From: Gemmatimonadota bacterium | GTDB lineage: Bacteria > Gemmatimonadota > Gemmatimonadetes > Gemmatimonadales > GWC2-71-9 | Reading direction: 5' to 3' | Assembly: GCA_037440225.1 (NCBI GenBank) | Contig: JBBIUN010000008.1 | Location: 51,225-115,224, forward strand | Length of the DNA: 64,000 nucleotides | Part shown: positions 27,820-38,406 of the stretch, piece by piece | Numbering within the stretch: position 1 is the stretch's first letter | Layout: every line of letters begins with the position of its first letter | The notes under the pieces: model-generated | Database searches by the model: none | Told to the model about the DNA's origin: nothing | What the model saw: only the letters and a program-made list of their open reading frames with translations | Translations under genes and position numbers: made by a program

Positions 27820-28670
27820 CGGCCTTGAGCGAGGCGCTGGTGTCGGCGGACCAACTGGCCCCGCACGTGGGCGACCCCGGTTGGCTGATCGTGGACTGCC
27901 GCTTTCGCCTGCTCGAGCCGGGATTCGGGCGCGAGGCCTACGCCGAGGCGCACCTTCCCGGCGCCATCTATGCCGATCTGAACCGGGACCTGTCGGGGCC
28001 GGTCATCGCGGGCCGCACCGGGCGGCATCCGTTGCCGGAGGTGGCGTCGCTGGTCCGCAGGCTGTCGGCCTGGGGCGTTGACGCCTCGGTGCAGGTGGTC
28101 GCCTACGACGACAGCGGCGGTTCCATGGCCGCGCGCCTGTGGTGGCTGCTGCGCTGGTTGGGGCACCGTGCCGTGGCGGTGCTGGACGGCGGCTGGCCGG
28201 CCTGGGTGGCGGCCAGGCTGCCCGTCGAGTCCGAGGTGCCGTCCCGTACGCCGCGGCCGTTCGAGCCGCACGTGCGATCCGAACTGGTAGCGGACGCCGA
28301 CTTGGTGAACCGCATCCGCCAGGATCCCCGATGGCGGCTGCTGGATGCACGTGCGGCGGAGCGATTTCGCGGCCAGCAGGAGACGATTGATCCGGTGGCC
28401 GGCCACATCCCCGGCGCCTATTCGGCGCCGTACGCCGAGAACCTGGATGCCGGCGGCCGCTTTCTGCCGGAGGAGGAGCTGCGCCGGCGGTACGCTGATC
28501 TGTTGGGAGCGGTTCCCGCCGATCGCTGTGTGTGTTACTGTGGCTCGGGAGTCACCGCGGCTCACGACGTGCTGGCCATATTCCGGGCGGGCTTGGGGGA
28601 AGCCAAGCTGTATCCCGGTTCCTGGAGCGAGTGGATTCTGGATCCCCGCCGCCCGGTGGCCAAGGATTAG
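27816..28670 (+). CDS. tandem-rhodanese sulfurtransferase (SseA/3-mercaptopyruvate or thiosulfate sulfurtransferase type)
   Basis: Two rhodanese domains. Active-site loop 'CYCGSGVTAAH', C-terminal 'YPGSWSEW'. GTG 27816 overlaps the upstream stop (GTGA). Confidence 0.85.
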   Translation: MTALSEALVSADQLAPHVGDPGWLIVDCRFRLLEPGFGREAYAEAHLPGAIYADLNRDLSGPVIAGRTGRHPLPEVASLVRRLSAWGVDASVQVVAYDDSGGSMAARLWWLLRWLGHRAVAVLDGGWPAWVAARLPVESEVPSRTPRPFEPHVRSELVADADLVNRIRQDPRWRLLDARAAERFRGQQETIDPVAGHIPGAYSAPYAENLDAGGRFLPEEELRRRYADLLGAVPADRCVCYCGSGVTAAHDVLAIFRAGLGEAKLYPGSWSEWILDPRRPVAKD

Positions 28671-28708
28671 GCGCCGGGGCGGGGCCGTCACATTCTGATG
28701 GAGGACGC

Positions 28709-30055
28709 ATGCAGCGGCCTATGGCACGGTTGAGGGCGCTAGGTTGGGTCCTGGCAGTCTCCGGCGGCGTCGCGGCGCCGTCGTGGGGTCAGAGTGGACC
28801 GACGTTGGATCCGCGGATCCTGGCCTTGGTGAGCGCCATTTCGGAAGAACGGCTCAAGGCCACGGTCGAGCGCCTGGCCGGGTTCGTCACCCGGCACACC
28901 CTTTCCTCGCCGGATCGGCCCGGCAGGGGAATCGGAGCGGCCCGGCAGTGGATCCAGGCGGAGATGCAAAGCTATAGCCCTCGGCTGCGCGTGGAGCTGG
29001 ATCGCTACCGCGTGCCGCCGGGCGGGCGGGTGACCCGGGAGGTCGAGCTGGCCAACGTCATGGCGATCCTGCCGGGGCGAAGCGCGCGGCGGGTGTACGT
29101 GAGCGGCCATTACGACACGGTGGTGCTCCGTCCGGCGCCGGAGGACTCGGCGGCGGCGCGGACCAACGACAATCCGGCGCCGGGGGCGAACGACGACGGC
29201 AGCGGCACGGCCCTGACCATGGAACTGGCCCGGGTCTTCGCCCAGAGCAACCTCGAGTTCGACGCCACGCTGGTTTTCATCGCCTTCGCGGGCGAAGAGC
29301 AGGGCCTGGTGGGGGCGCGGGCGCACGCGCAGCAGGCCCGGGCCGACGGCGTGCGCATTGACGCGGTATTCAACAACGACATCGTGGGCAACAGCCATGG
29401 CGGCGACGGCGTGGCGGACGGCGCCAGCGTGCGGGTCTTTTCCGAAGGACCCGAAGATTCCCCCTCGCGGGCGCTGGCCCGCTTCATTCGCCGGCACGCG
29501 GCGCGCTACGTGCCCGGGCACCGAGTGCGCCTGATGGCGCGCGAGGATCGCTTTGGGCGCGGCGGCGATCATACCCCGTTCAACCAAAACGGGTATCCTG
29601 CGGTGCGGATCAGCGAGTCCCGGGAGAACTACGACCGCCAGCATACTGTGCGGGACACGCCGGACGGGGTGGATGCCGCTTATCTGGCCCGCAATGCCCG
29701 GGTCAACGCGGCCGCTGTGGCCGTGCTCGCTCTGGCGCCGCCGGCGCCGAACGTCATCGGTGCGGGCGGCGCGCCCAGGCTGGGCCGGGGCGAGTCGCGC
29801 TACGACGCCGCCCTGAGCTGGGATCCGTCGCCGGGGGCCGCCGGGTACCGGGTCTTCTGGCGCGAGGCCTGGTCGCCCGACTGGGAGCACGAACTCGACG
29901 TGGGGAACGCGACCGGGATCGTGTTGCCGGGACTCTCCATTGACGACTATGTGTTCGGGGTCGCCGCGGTGGGGCCTGGGGGACACGAGAGCGTCGTGAC
30001 CGCCTACGTTCGGCCCCCGAGGGCCAACACCCCGATCGAAGCGGTGCGCCGCTGA
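28709..30055 (+). CDS. M28-family zinc aminopeptidase with C-terminal Fn3-like domain
   Basis: Signal peptide. 'VSGHYDT', 'PGANDDGSGTA', 'FAGEEQGLVG', 'GGDHTPF' M28 metal-ligand motifs. ATG 28709 is 5 nt after GGAGGA. Confidence 0.8.
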   Translation: MQRPMARLRALGWVLAVSGGVAAPSWGQSGPTLDPRILALVSAISEERLKATVERLAGFVTRHTLSSPDRPGRGIGAARQWIQAEMQSYSPRLRVELDRYRVPPGGRVTREVELANVMAILPGRSARRVYVSGHYDTVVLRPAPEDSAAARTNDNPAPGANDDGSGTALTMELARVFAQSNLEFDATLVFIAFAGEEQGLVGARAHAQQARADGVRIDAVFNNDIVGNSHGGDGVADGASVRVFSEGPEDSPSRALARFIRRHAARYVPGHRVRLMAREDRFGRGGDHTPFNQNGYPAVRISESRENYDRQHTVRDTPDGVDAAYLARNARVNAAAVAVLALAPPAPNVIGAGGAPRLGRGESRYDAALSWDPSPGAAGYRVFWREAWSPDWEHELDVGNATGIVLPGLSIDDYVFGVAAVGPGGHESVVTAYVRPPRANTPIEAVRR

Positions 30056-30107
30056 CGCCGCGGGCCAGGGAAGGCGAGCTTGAAGAACCAACGGAGGAGC
30101 GACTAAC

Positions 30108-30515
30108 GTGCGGGTCGTGCGCGGGTATGTCGGGGTGGCAGGGAGGCGGGCGCTGGCCCGCCGGTTGCTTGGTGCGGCGCTCGTGTGGGGAGCGGCGGCC
30201 TGCTCCCGGACCCCACCGGTCACGGTGCAGGTCCAGGGTACCGTGCGGGTGGTGGGGACGCGGAAGCCCATCGCGGGCGCGGAGGTCAACATCGAGTGGC
30301 CGGCCGTGCTGGGCGGAGGCCAGAGCCTGATCAAGACCAACGCCGCGGGCCAGTTCGCCATCGGACGCACGCGCCGGCAGCCGCCCGCCACGTGCGCCGG
30401 GCTGGCGCTCACGGTCCAGGCCCCTGGGTTCGCCTCGGCGTACCTGCGTCACGAGAGCGGCTGCGGCGATTACGTGCTCAACTTCGACTTCGTGCTCTTG
30501 CCGCAGCCGCGTTGA
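30108..30515 (+). CDS. lipoprotein with carboxypeptidase-regulatory-like (CarboxypepD_reg) fold
   Basis: Lipobox-like 'WGAAAC'. 'GTVRVVGTRKPIAGAEVNI.......TNAAGQFAI' is typical of the Ig-like regulatory domain. Confidence 0.55.
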   Translation: MRVVRGYVGVAGRRALARRLLGAALVWGAAACSRTPPVTVQVQGTVRVVGTRKPIAGAEVNIEWPAVLGGGQSLIKTNAAGQFAIGRTRRQPPATCAGLALTVQAPGFASAYLRHESGCGDYVLNFDFVLLPQPR

Positions 30516-30521
30516 AGAGAC

Positions 30522-31028
30522 ATGCCGGCGCCAGGCGCGTTCCCGACGATCCATCCGGGCGTCAGCATCGGCCACGTGCACCTCAAGGTGGCGGATCTGG
30601 AGCGGGCCGTGCGGTTCTATCGGGACGTCCTGGCTTTCGAGGTCACGCAGCGCTACGGGCGAGATGCCGCCTTCCTCTCGGCGGGGGGCTATCACCATCA
30701 CATCGGCCTCAACGTGTGGGAGAGCCGGGGCGGTTCGCCGCCTCCGCCGGGCTCGACCGGGCTGTATCATGTCGCCATCCGGTACCCCACCCGCGCGGCC
30801 CTGGCCGATGCCCTGCGGCGCTTGCTGGCCGCGGGTGTGCCGCTCGAGGGAGCGGCGGACCACGGCGTGAGCGAGGCGCTCTACCTCAGGGACCCGGACG
30901 ACAACGGTTTGGAGTTGTACTGGGACCGGCCCAAGGAGCAATGGCCCAGGAGCCCGGATGGCAGCCTGGCGATGTACACCCGGGCCCTGGACCTCGACGC
31001 CCTGTTGCGGGAGCCGCCGCCCGCCTGA
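30522..31028 (+). CDS. VOC-family (glyoxalase/extradiol dioxygenase-like) protein
   Basis: 'IGHVHLKVADLERAVRFYRDVLGFEV'-type beta-alpha-beta-beta-beta module, 'YHHHIGLN', 'DHGVSEALYL.DPD.NG.ELY'. Confidence 0.8.
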   Translation: MPAPGAFPTIHPGVSIGHVHLKVADLERAVRFYRDVLAFEVTQRYGRDAAFLSAGGYHHHIGLNVWESRGGSPPPPGSTGLYHVAIRYPTRAALADALRRLLAAGVPLEGAADHGVSEALYLRDPDDNGLELYWDRPKEQWPRSPDGSLAMYTRALDLDALLREPPPA

Positions 31029-31112
31029 TCGCCCGATCTCAGGCCCGCACGGAGAACCACGGCGGCCGCCCAGGAAGGCAGGGGGCGCGCTCGTGCTTCG
31101 CCCGCTGCGCCC

Positions 31113-32216
31113 TCACCGGCCCGAGGGCCGGGACCGGTCCTCGTAGGGCCTCAGCACCCATTCGAAGAACGCCCACGTCCGGTTCCACGAATCCCGCTGT
31201 TCGGGCGTGTCGTCCCGCTCCAGCGTCTGGGGATTGACCCTCCGGCTGAAGCTGTGGCCTCCCGGCGGATCCACGTAGATCTTGGTCTCGGCGAGGTCGG
31301 GTTTCTGCGCCCGCAGAGCCCAGATGAGCTGCTGGTCTTCGACGAAGTTGACATCCTCGTCGTTAGTGGCCACGTGGACCAGCAGCGGGATCTTGAGCTT
31401 GGGCACCAGGTACAGCGGAGAACGCTCGAGGTAGAGGTCGGGTTTCTCGAACGGCAGGCCGCCGATCCGCTGCTGGGTGGCGAACTGTCGCTGGTAGGCC
31501 GGTCCCTTGAGCGAGAGCCGGAATACCAGGTTGGTGACCGGGACGATGGCGGCGGCCGCCTTGAAGGGGTGCTGGTCGCGCAGCACCGCGTGCAGCGTGA
31601 TGAAGCCGCCGTGGCTCCATCCCATGATCCCCACCCGGTCGGGGTCCACGTGCGGGAGGTTTTGCACCATCCAGTCGTAGGCGGTCATCACGTCATCCAC
31701 TTCGTAGCCGCCGTAATCAATGGCGTTGTGAAATTCTTTGCCGTAGCCCGTACTGCCCCGGTACTCGGGCGCGATGATCACGTAGCCGCGCTCCACCGCC
31801 TCGCGCACAAAAGGCAGGCCGCTCTCGTTCCAGTTCCCATGGACGCCGCCGTGCACCCAGATCATGGCGGCGTGTCCTCGGGGACCTCGCTTCGCGAGGG
31901 GCTGAAAGAGATACGCGGGAATGTCCAGGTCGCCGACCCTGCTGCGGTAGGTCACCTTCCGGTAGTCCATCACTCCCCGACTGCGCGCTTGGTAGATGCT
32001 GTCCGTGCGGGCCTTGGCCGCGACATCGCGGGCGTAGTTGGCGACGGGGTGATCTTCCGGCCGGTTGCTGACGTACAACAAGGCCGCGCGCGCGGAGTCC
32101 AGGGGAACCACTTGGCGCGACCGGGCGGGAGAGGGGATCGTCCCCTGCTGGGCGAAGGCGGGGACGCTTATCAGGCACCAGGCGGCGAGCACGGCGAAGG
32201 CGGGGTAGGCTTGCAT
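31113..32216 (-). CDS. S9-family (prolyl oligopeptidase/dienelactone hydrolase-type) serine hydrolase
   Basis: Signal peptide. Nucleophile elbow 'GWSHGG', 'HGG.H', and a C-terminal 'D..V' / 'GGH.F' catalytic-triad context. Confidence 0.85.
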   Translation of the reverse strand: MQAYPAFAVLAAWCLISVPAFAQQGTIPSPARSRQVVPLDSARAALLYVSNRPEDHPVANYARDVAAKARTDSIYQARSRGVMDYRKVTYRSRVGDLDIPAYLFQPLAKRGPRGHAAMIWVHGGVHGNWNESGLPFVREAVERGYVIIAPEYRGSTGYGKEFHNAIDYGGYEVDDVMTAYDWMVQNLPHVDPDRVGIMGWSHGGFITLHAVLRDQHPFKAAAAIVPVTNLVFRLSLKGPAYQRQFATQQRIGGLPFEKPDLYLERSPLYLVPKLKIPLLVHVATNDEDVNFVEDQQLIWALRAQKPDLAETKIYVDPPGGHSFSRRVNPQTLERDDTPEQRDSWNRTWAFFEWVLRPYEDRSRPSGR

Positions 32217-32285
32217 CGTTGTTCTCCATGGTGTGGAATGGTGGCATCAATCGGTGCCTCGGGGCTCGTGCTGTCAAGCTCCCGG

Positions 32286-32314
32286 TTGGCGGCGCGGCGG
32301 CACTCGGGTATTAT
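32286..32314 (+). promoter_or_regulatory. sigma-70-like promoter upstream of the small-gene pair
   Basis: TTGGCG (32286-32291), 17-nt spacer, TATTAT (32309-32314). An AT-rich -10 hexamer stands out in this GC-rich DNA. Confidence 0.4.
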
Positions 32315-32363
32315 CCTCGCACGCCGGCCTCGCCGGAGGCGGCGCCTTCAATCGAGGTCTTCC

Positions 32364-32525
32364 GTGAGGAAACTCCTGGGCCTCATCGGAGCGACGGTGG
32401 GAGGGACGCTGGGGTGGTGGTTGGGCGCCCATGTGGGCATCATGACCGCGTTCGTGCTGAGCATGATCGGCACGGGAGCGGGGATCTATGCCGGCGCCCG
32501 GATGGCCGACCGGTACGGCGGCTGA
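32364..32525 (+). CDS. 53-aa glycine-zipper membrane protein
   Basis: '[41 protein letters not shown]' gives two Gly-zipper helices. GTG 32364. Hidden at the end of a 423-aa antisense track ORF. Confidence 0.45.
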   Translation: MRKLLGLIGATVGGTLGWWLGAHVGIMTAFVLSMIGTGAGIYAGARMADRYGG

Positions 32526-32587
32526 CGGCGCCAGTTGCACCGCGTGGAGCATCGGGCATTCAACGTCAAGCCAACGGAGTGCGGGCT

Positions 32588-32698
32588 ATGGGAAAAGGAG
32601 ATCGTCGGACTCGGAGAGGGAAGCTGTGGCGGGGGACCTTTGGCAAGCGGCGGCCCCGAAAGAAGCCGCGCAAGCTGCCGGCGGCCAAGCCGAGCTGA
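32588..32698 (+). CDS. 30S ribosomal protein Thx (bTHX)
   Basis: '[26 protein letters not shown]' is nearly identical, as I recall it, to Thermus thermophilus Thx '[25 protein letters not shown]'. Hidden at the end of a 159-aa track ORF. Confidence 0.8.
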   Translation: MGKGDRRTRRGKLWRGTFGKRRPRKKPRKLPAAKPS

Positions 32699-32700
32699 CC

Positions 32701-32727
32701 CCGCCGGCGCTCGCTATCGCGCGGCGG
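32701..32727. terminator. GC hairpin between convergent Thx and RND genes
   Basis: CCGCCGGCGC / GCGCGGCGG arms (one bulge) with an 8-nt loop, inside the 54-nt convergent gap. Confidence 0.35.
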
Positions 32728-32752
32728 TCCCCGCCTTCACGCCCCGGCGGCG

Positions 32753-35700
32753 CTAGTCCGCCGGGACGCCGAGGGCGGCCCGTTCCTCGGGGGCGCTGGT
32801 CCAGCGCTTGACCAGCGCGCTCACCCGTTGGCCCAGGTCGTCCAGGTAGGTATAGACCACCGGGATCACCACCAAGGTGAGCAAGGTGGAGGTGATGAGC
32901 CCGCCGATCACGGCGTGGGCCATGGGGGCTCGGAACTCGGAGCCGGCGCCCAGGGCCAGGGCGGTGGGAAGCATGCCGAAGATCATGGCCAGGGTGGTCA
33001 TCACGATGGGCCGCAGCCTCAGTTCGCCCGCGTCAATCAAGGCTTCTCGCCGGTCCGCGCCGCGAGCCCGAGCTTTGTTGGCGAAATCCACCAGCAGGAT
33101 CGCGTTCTTGGTCACCAGGCCCATGAGCATGATCACGCCGATCATGCTCATGATGTTGAACGTGCCTCGGGTCACCATGAGGGCGAGCATGACGCCTACC
33201 AGCGAGAGCGGCAGCGAGATCATGATGGCCAGCGGCTGGAGGAAGCTGCCGAACTGGGACGACAGGATGAGGTAGATGAAGGTGACGGCCAGTACCAGCG
33301 ATTCGACCACGTAGCCCACCGTCTCGACGAAATTCTCCTGCTCCCCGCCGAAGTCGAATCGGTAGCCGGTCGGCAGCTCGATGGCGGCCAATCGCGTGCG
33401 CACGTCGCGCACCACCTCGGTGAGCGCCCGCCCCTCGTAGTTGCCCTCCAGCGTCACCACGCGCTCCAGGTTCAGGCGCTTGATCTGACTGGGCGCCGCG
33501 CTGGGCTGGATGGTGGCCACCTGTGCGAGCGGAACCATCACCGGCGCGCCGGTTCGCTGGTCTATCCGGCCGGTGGCCAGCGGGATGCGCCCCAGGTCGG
33601 CGGCGGACTCCCGGGCAGCCGGGTCCAGTTGCACGATGACGTCGTGCGCCAGGCCGGTCTCGTCCTCCCAGTTGCCCGCTTTCTGGCCCGAGAGGACGGG
33701 CCGCAGGCTGGCCCCGATCGCGCCGATGCCTAGGCCCACGTCGGCCGCGAGGTCGCGGTGGACGTCCACCACGAGTTCCGGCTTGCGCCCTTCCAGGCTG
33801 GACTTCAGGCCCACCAACCCGGGGACGTCGCGCAGCACCTCCAGCGCCCGGTCCGACATGGCCTGAAGGCGGCTCAATTCCGGTCCCTGCAGGTTGATCA
33901 GGATGGGGGCGCCGCCCGGTCCCATGCCAATGTGGGCTACCCGCAACGTCACCCCCTTGAACTGCGGGGCCGCCTGGCGGAGGAACGCCTCGAACTCCTG
34001 CTGGGAACGCTGCCGGGCATCTTTGGGCGTGAGCTTGATGAAGATCTGCCCCTTGTTGACCGCGTTGTTCTGCTGGGCACCCCCAATGGCGGCGTACGTC
34101 AGGGCGACCTCGGGCTGCTGCGCCAGCCAGCGAGCCACTTCCACCGCCTTGGCTTCGGTATAGCTGAGCGAGGAGCCTACCGGGGTCTCGAGGTCCAGCG
34201 CCGTGCGCTCCTGGTCCGAGGTGGGCACGAACTGCCCTCCCACGAGCCCCAGGCCGAAAAGACTCATGGCGGCCACGAAGGCTGCGGTGGCGATCCCCAG
34301 GGTCACGAGCCGGTGGTCCAGCGCCCAGGCAATGAGCCCGCGGTACGCCTTTCCCAGACGGCGGAACGACCCGTTGAAGCGCTCCAGGAGCCGGCCCACG
34401 GGCCCCCGGGGCGCCCGCCCCTCGGCCTGGGGATCGTACCACAAAGACGAGAGCATGGGATCGAGGGTGAACGAGACGAACAGGGACACCAGCACGGCGA
34501 AGGCTACGGTGATGCCGAAGGGATAAAAGAACCGGCCCACGATCCCCTTCATGAACGCCACGGGGATGAAGACCGCGATCACGGACGAGGTGGTGGCCAG
34601 CACCGCGAAGCCGATTTCCGACGTCCCGTGCCGGGCCGCGGTATAGTGATCCTCGCCCCGCTCCACGTGGCGCACGATGTTCTCCCGGACCACGATCGCG
34701 TCGTCAATCAGAATGCCGATGGCCAAGGACAGCGCCATCAGGGTCATCGTGTTCAGGGTGAAGCCGAAGGCGTAAATCGCTCCAAAGGCGGAGATCACCG
34801 AGACCGGCAAGGTGAGCCCCGTGATCACGGTCGAGCGCCACGAATTGAGGAACAGGAAGACGATGAGCACGGTGAGGGCGGCGCCCTCCACCAAGGTCTT
34901 CTGCACGTCGTCCACCGAGTTGCGGATCCAGGTCGAGTTGTCGTTGATCAAGTCCAGCCGGACGCCTCCGGGGAGCGTCCGGTTGAGCTGCTCCACGATC
35001 CGGTGGACCCCATCGGCCACATCCACCGTGTTCCCGCCGGAGACCTTGCGCACCTCCAGCACCACCGCCCGCTGGCCATTGACGTAGGCCGCATCCCGGG
35101 CATCCTCCTGGGCATCCTCGACCCGCGCCACTTGGCCCAGCCGCACCGGGGTGCCCCCCCGTACCGTCACCACCAGGCTCGCGAAATCCGCCGGGTCGCG
35201 GATGCGTCCTTGGACCCGCACCAGGTTCTCCGCGTTGCCCCGTTCGACGCGCCCAGCCGGGACGTCGGCGTTCTCCCGGCTCACCGCGGTCACGACCATG
35301 TCCGGGGATACCCCGAGAGCCTCCATGCGCGCGGGCTGGAGCAGGACGTGGATCTCGCGCTTCAAACCTCCCAGCACCGTCACGCTCCCCACGCCCGGGA
35401 CGTTCTCGATCCGCCGGCTCACCACCTCGTCCGCTAACCGGGTGAGTTCGCGCAGGGGCCACCCTTGGCCTCGCACTGCGATGGTCATGATGGGCTGCTG
35501 TGAGGGATCGGCCCGGGAGATAATGGGCGGATCAATGTCCCGCGGCAGTTCCAGCCGGATGGCGTCAATCTTGGAGCGCACGTCGGCTTGGGCATCCATG
35601 ATGTTGGTGCCCAGCTCGAACTCCACGAAGATGTTGGAAAAGCCTTCGGTGGACGTGGATTGGATCTGCTTGACCCCTTCGACCGGGTTGATGGCTTCCT

Positions 35701-35902
35701 CGATCTCCTTGGTCACCTCCCGCTCCACGGACTCCGGGCTCGCCCCGGGGTACCGCGTCTGGACCACCAGGAAGGGGAAATCCACCTCCGGGAACAGGTC
35801 AATGCTGAGCCGGCGATAGGAGAAGAGGCCCAGCACCACCAGGGCCATGATCATCATGGTGGCCAAGACCGGCCGCTTGATGGACAACTCGCTCAGAAAC
35901 AC
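32753..35902 (-). CDS. RND efflux transporter inner-membrane permease (AcrB/HAE1 family)
   Basis: 1049 aa with 12-TM / two-large-loop architecture. '[10 protein letters not shown]' N-terminus, '[16 protein letters not shown]', '[15 protein letters not shown]'. Confidence 0.95.
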   Translation of the reverse strand: MFLSELSIKRPVLATMMIMALVVLGLFSYRRLSIDLFPEVDFPFLVVQTRYPGASPESVEREVTKEIEEAINPVEGVKQIQSTSTEGFSNIFVEFELGTNIMDAQADVRSKIDAIRLELPRDIDPPIISRADPSQQPIMTIAVRGQGWPLRELTRLADEVVSRRIENVPGVGSVTVLGGLKREIHVLLQPARMEALGVSPDMVVTAVSRENADVPAGRVERGNAENLVRVQGRIRDPADFASLVVTVRGGTPVRLGQVARVEDAQEDARDAAYVNGQRAVVLEVRKVSGGNTVDVADGVHRIVEQLNRTLPGGVRLDLINDNSTWIRNSVDDVQKTLVEGAALTVLIVFLFLNSWRSTVITGLTLPVSVISAFGAIYAFGFTLNTMTLMALSLAIGILIDDAIVVRENIVRHVERGEDHYTAARHGTSEIGFAVLATTSSVIAVFIPVAFMKGIVGRFFYPFGITVAFAVLVSLFVSFTLDPMLSSLWYDPQAEGRAPRGPVGRLLERFNGSFRRLGKAYRGLIAWALDHRLVTLGIATAAFVAAMSLFGLGLVGGQFVPTSDQERTALDLETPVGSSLSYTEAKAVEVARWLAQQPEVALTYAAIGGAQQNNAVNKGQIFIKLTPKDARQRSQQEFEAFLRQAAPQFKGVTLRVAHIGMGPGGAPILINLQGPELSRLQAMSDRALEVLRDVPGLVGLKSSLEGRKPELVVDVHRDLAADVGLGIGAIGASLRPVLSGQKAGNWEDETGLAHDVIVQLDPAARESAADLGRIPLATGRIDQRTGAPVMVPLAQVATIQPSAAPSQIKRLNLERVVTLEGNYEGRALTEVVRDVRTRLAAIELPTGYRFDFGGEQENFVETVGYVVESLVLAVTFIYLILSSQFGSFLQPLAIMISLPLSLVGVMLALMVTRGTFNIMSMIGVIMLMGLVTKNAILLVDFANKARARGADRREALIDAGELRLRPIVMTTLAMIFGMLPTALALGAGSEFRAPMAHAVIGGLITSTLLTLVVIPVVYTYLDDLGQRVSALVKRWTSAPEERAALGVPAD

Positions 35903-35906
35903 GGCG

Positions 35907-36986
35907 TCAACCCTCCCGGCTCACGATGTTGACCGGATCGCCCACCCGGAGTCCTTCGACCGGGCCGACGATGGCCACTTCGCCCTCGCTGAGACCGGCC
36001 ACGATCTCTACCAAGTTCTGCACTTCGTCATAGAGCCCGATCGTGACGTCGCGCCGCGCGATGCGCCCGTCCGCTACGACCAGCACGTAGGTCGTGCCGT
36101 TGTCGTCCCGCCGAATGCCGCTCCGCGGCAGGGCCAAGGCGCCCCGGGCTTCGCGGGTCACCACCCGCCCCGACGCGAACAGCCCCGCTACGATGCGCCC
36201 CTCGGGATTGGGAACCTCGACGTACACCTTGACCTGGCGCGTGGCCGCATCGGCGGTGGCATTGATCCGGGCGACTCGGGCCGTGACACCAGGACCGTCG
36301 AGCCCGGTCACCGTGAGCAGCGCGGGCGCCCCCACCCGGATGTCGCCCACGTACTGGCTGGGCACCGTGGCGGAGAACTCGAGTCCCCTGATGTTCACCA
36401 ACCGGAACAGGGGATCACCGTCTTTGACTCGGTCGCCGGATTCGTGGAATCGCTGCGCGATCACGCCGTCCACCGGCGCCCGGACCGTAGCTTCCTCCAA
36501 GCGCTTGACCGCCGCCGCCTCGAGTGCCTCGGCGCCTCTCAGGGCCACTTCGGCGGCCTCGACGTCCCGCGCCGCCACCGCCCCCTCCCGATAGAGGCTC
36601 TGCATCCGTTCGTAGTCGGCCTGCGCGATGCGGCGCTGCGCCTTAGCGCTGGCAGCCTGCGGCGCCAGGGCCTGCGTGGAGAGCCGCGCCAGCACCTGCC
36701 CTCGCTTGACCGCCTGGCCCTCCTCGACCAGCACGGCCTCCAAGACCTCCGGAGCAGGCGCGTTGATCCGGATGTCCACCGCCGGATCCAGCGTGCCCGA
36801 AACCGGAACACCGGCGACCAAGTCGGTGCGCCGCACGGTCCAGACGTCGCTGGGCCCCAGGGTGGCAGCGGCAGGTGCGTCCGCCGAGGTCTCCGCCCGG
36901 CCGGGCGCCCCTCGGCACCCCGGCAGGGCCAGCGAAGCGGCCGCGAGGGAAAGGGTAAGCCCGTATGTCAAGGCACGATGAGTCAT
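35907..36986 (-). CDS. RND efflux periplasmic adaptor (MFP/HlyD family)
   Basis: Lipoprotein-like signal, coiled-coil hairpin region, beta-barrel 'VTARVARINATAD..TR...V.VEVPN'. Located 4 nt upstream of the RND gene. Confidence 0.9.
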   Translation of the reverse strand: MTHRALTYGLTLSLAAASLALPGCRGAPGRAETSADAPAAATLGPSDVWTVRRTDLVAGVPVSGTLDPAVDIRINAPAPEVLEAVLVEEGQAVKRGQVLARLSTQALAPQAASAKAQRRIAQADYERMQSLYREGAVAARDVEAAEVALRGAEALEAAAVKRLEEATVRAPVDGVIAQRFHESGDRVKDGDPLFRLVNIRGLEFSATVPSQYVGDIRVGAPALLTVTGLDGPGVTARVARINATADAATRQVKVYVEVPNPEGRIVAGLFASGRVVTREARGALALPRSGIRRDDNGTTYVLVVADGRIARRDVTIGLYDEVQNLVEIVAGLSEGEVAIVGPVEGLRVGDPVNIVSREG

Positions 36987-38392
36987 GAGTTAGGCTCCTC
37001 GCCAAGAATCGTGCGGCGCAGCTCGTCCAGCGAGCGGCGCTCCACCGCCACCGGACGGCCCAGCGCGCGCTCCAGCTGCGCCAGCGCGGACAGGTAATCC
37101 CGCATGGCCTGCGCTTCGTTGACCTGGGCCTGCTGCAAGAGCAGCCGCGCATCCGAAACCTCGAGCTGCGTGCTCAGGCCGTTGGCGTACCGCACCTGCG
37201 CGATGCGGTGAGCCTGCTCGGCCTGCCGGACGGTCTCCCGCCGCGCCAGCAACAGGACCTGGGTCCGCTTGAGTTCGCTTCGAGCCTGCGCCAGTTCCTG
37301 CGCGGCCTGCTCGCGCACCTGGTCGCGGGTGGCCACCGCACGCTCCAGTTGCGCCCGGAGCCGAGCCACGGTGCCCTCGGTCCTGAGGCCGTTGAAGAGG
37401 GGAATGGAGACCTTCACCGCGGCGTTCCAGTTCCGCCGGAACTGCTCGCCGAAGGGGAACAGCGCCGTGGGAAACGCCTGTTCGGAGAAGGTGGACGATA
37501 CCGACAGCGTGGGCCAGCGATCCGCCTGGGCCGCGCGCAGCAGGTGCTCCTGGACCCGCACCCCGGCTTCCGCGGCCGCCACCGCGGGACGCTGAGCCGC
37601 CTCGAGGTCCTCCTCCACCACCACCGGAATGGAACCGTCGGCGGTGATAAGCGGCGTGGTCAGTGCCAGCGGCCGCTCCACCGGGACGTTGATCAGCCGC
37701 TTGAGTTCAAGCAGCGCGAGGTCGTAGTCGTTCGCCGCCGCCACGACCAGCGGCTCCTGATTGGCGGCCTCCACCTGGGCCCGCAACAGGTCATATTCCG
37801 CGCGCGTGCCCGCCTGGTGGAACAGTTGCACCTGATGCAACTGCTGCCGGGCCTCCTGCACGGCCGCCAGCGCAACCCCCAGCAACCGCTGGCGATACTG
37901 GGCGTTGAGGTAGGCTTGCTTGACCCGAAAGACGAGGTCCTGAGCACTGGCCTGCTGGTTCTCCAGCGCCGCCTCGCGCGCGGCCTTGGCCGCCGCCAAG
38001 CCCGCTCCCACCTTGCCGGCCGAGAACACCAACTGCGAGGCCGTCAGATCGAACGCCCACGCGTTGGGGGCTCCAAAGGGCGATTTCTTGAACACGTTGG
38101 TGAAGCTGGTATCGCCCCCACCCCCGCCCCCCAGCCCTTGGAAAATGGAGGCGAACTGCCGCGTGTAGGTCACACCGCCGTTGATCTGCGGCAGCGCCCC
38201 CGCGAACGCCTCCCGCACCTGGCCATTGGTCTCCCAAACCTGCGCCCGAGCCAGGCGTACTTCCTCGCTCTGGCTGAGCGCGCGCTCCACGGCTTCCTCG
38301 AGCCCGATCCGCAAGGTATCGGTCTGGGCCCAAGCCTGGGCTGGGATCGCCAGCCACACCGCCACGGTCACCACCGGGATCATGTATCGCAT
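36983..38392 (-). CDS. TolC-family outer-membrane efflux protein
   Basis: Signal peptide 'VAVWLAIPAQAWAQ' and two OEP repeats. ATG 38392 follows GGAGGAAGG. The 3' end overlaps the MFP start (ATGA). Confidence 0.85.
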   Translation of the reverse strand: MRYMIPVVTVAVWLAIPAQAWAQTDTLRIGLEEAVERALSQSEEVRLARAQVWETNGQVREAFAGALPQINGGVTYTRQFASIFQGLGGGGGGDTSFTNVFKKSPFGAPNAWAFDLTASQLVFSAGKVGAGLAAAKAAREAALENQQASAQDLVFRVKQAYLNAQYRQRLLGVALAAVQEARQQLHQVQLFHQAGTRAEYDLLRAQVEAANQEPLVVAAANDYDLALLELKRLINVPVERPLALTTPLITADGSIPVVVEEDLEAAQRPAVAAAEAGVRVQEHLLRAAQADRWPTLSVSSTFSEQAFPTALFPFGEQFRRNWNAAVKVSIPLFNGLRTEGTVARLRAQLERAVATRDQVREQAAQELAQARSELKRTQVLLLARRETVRQAEQAHRIAQVRYANGLSTQLEVSDARLLLQQAQVNEAQAMRDYLSALAQLERALGRPVAVERRSLDELRRTILGEEPNS

Positions 38393-38406
38393 GCGCCTTC
38401 CTCCGT

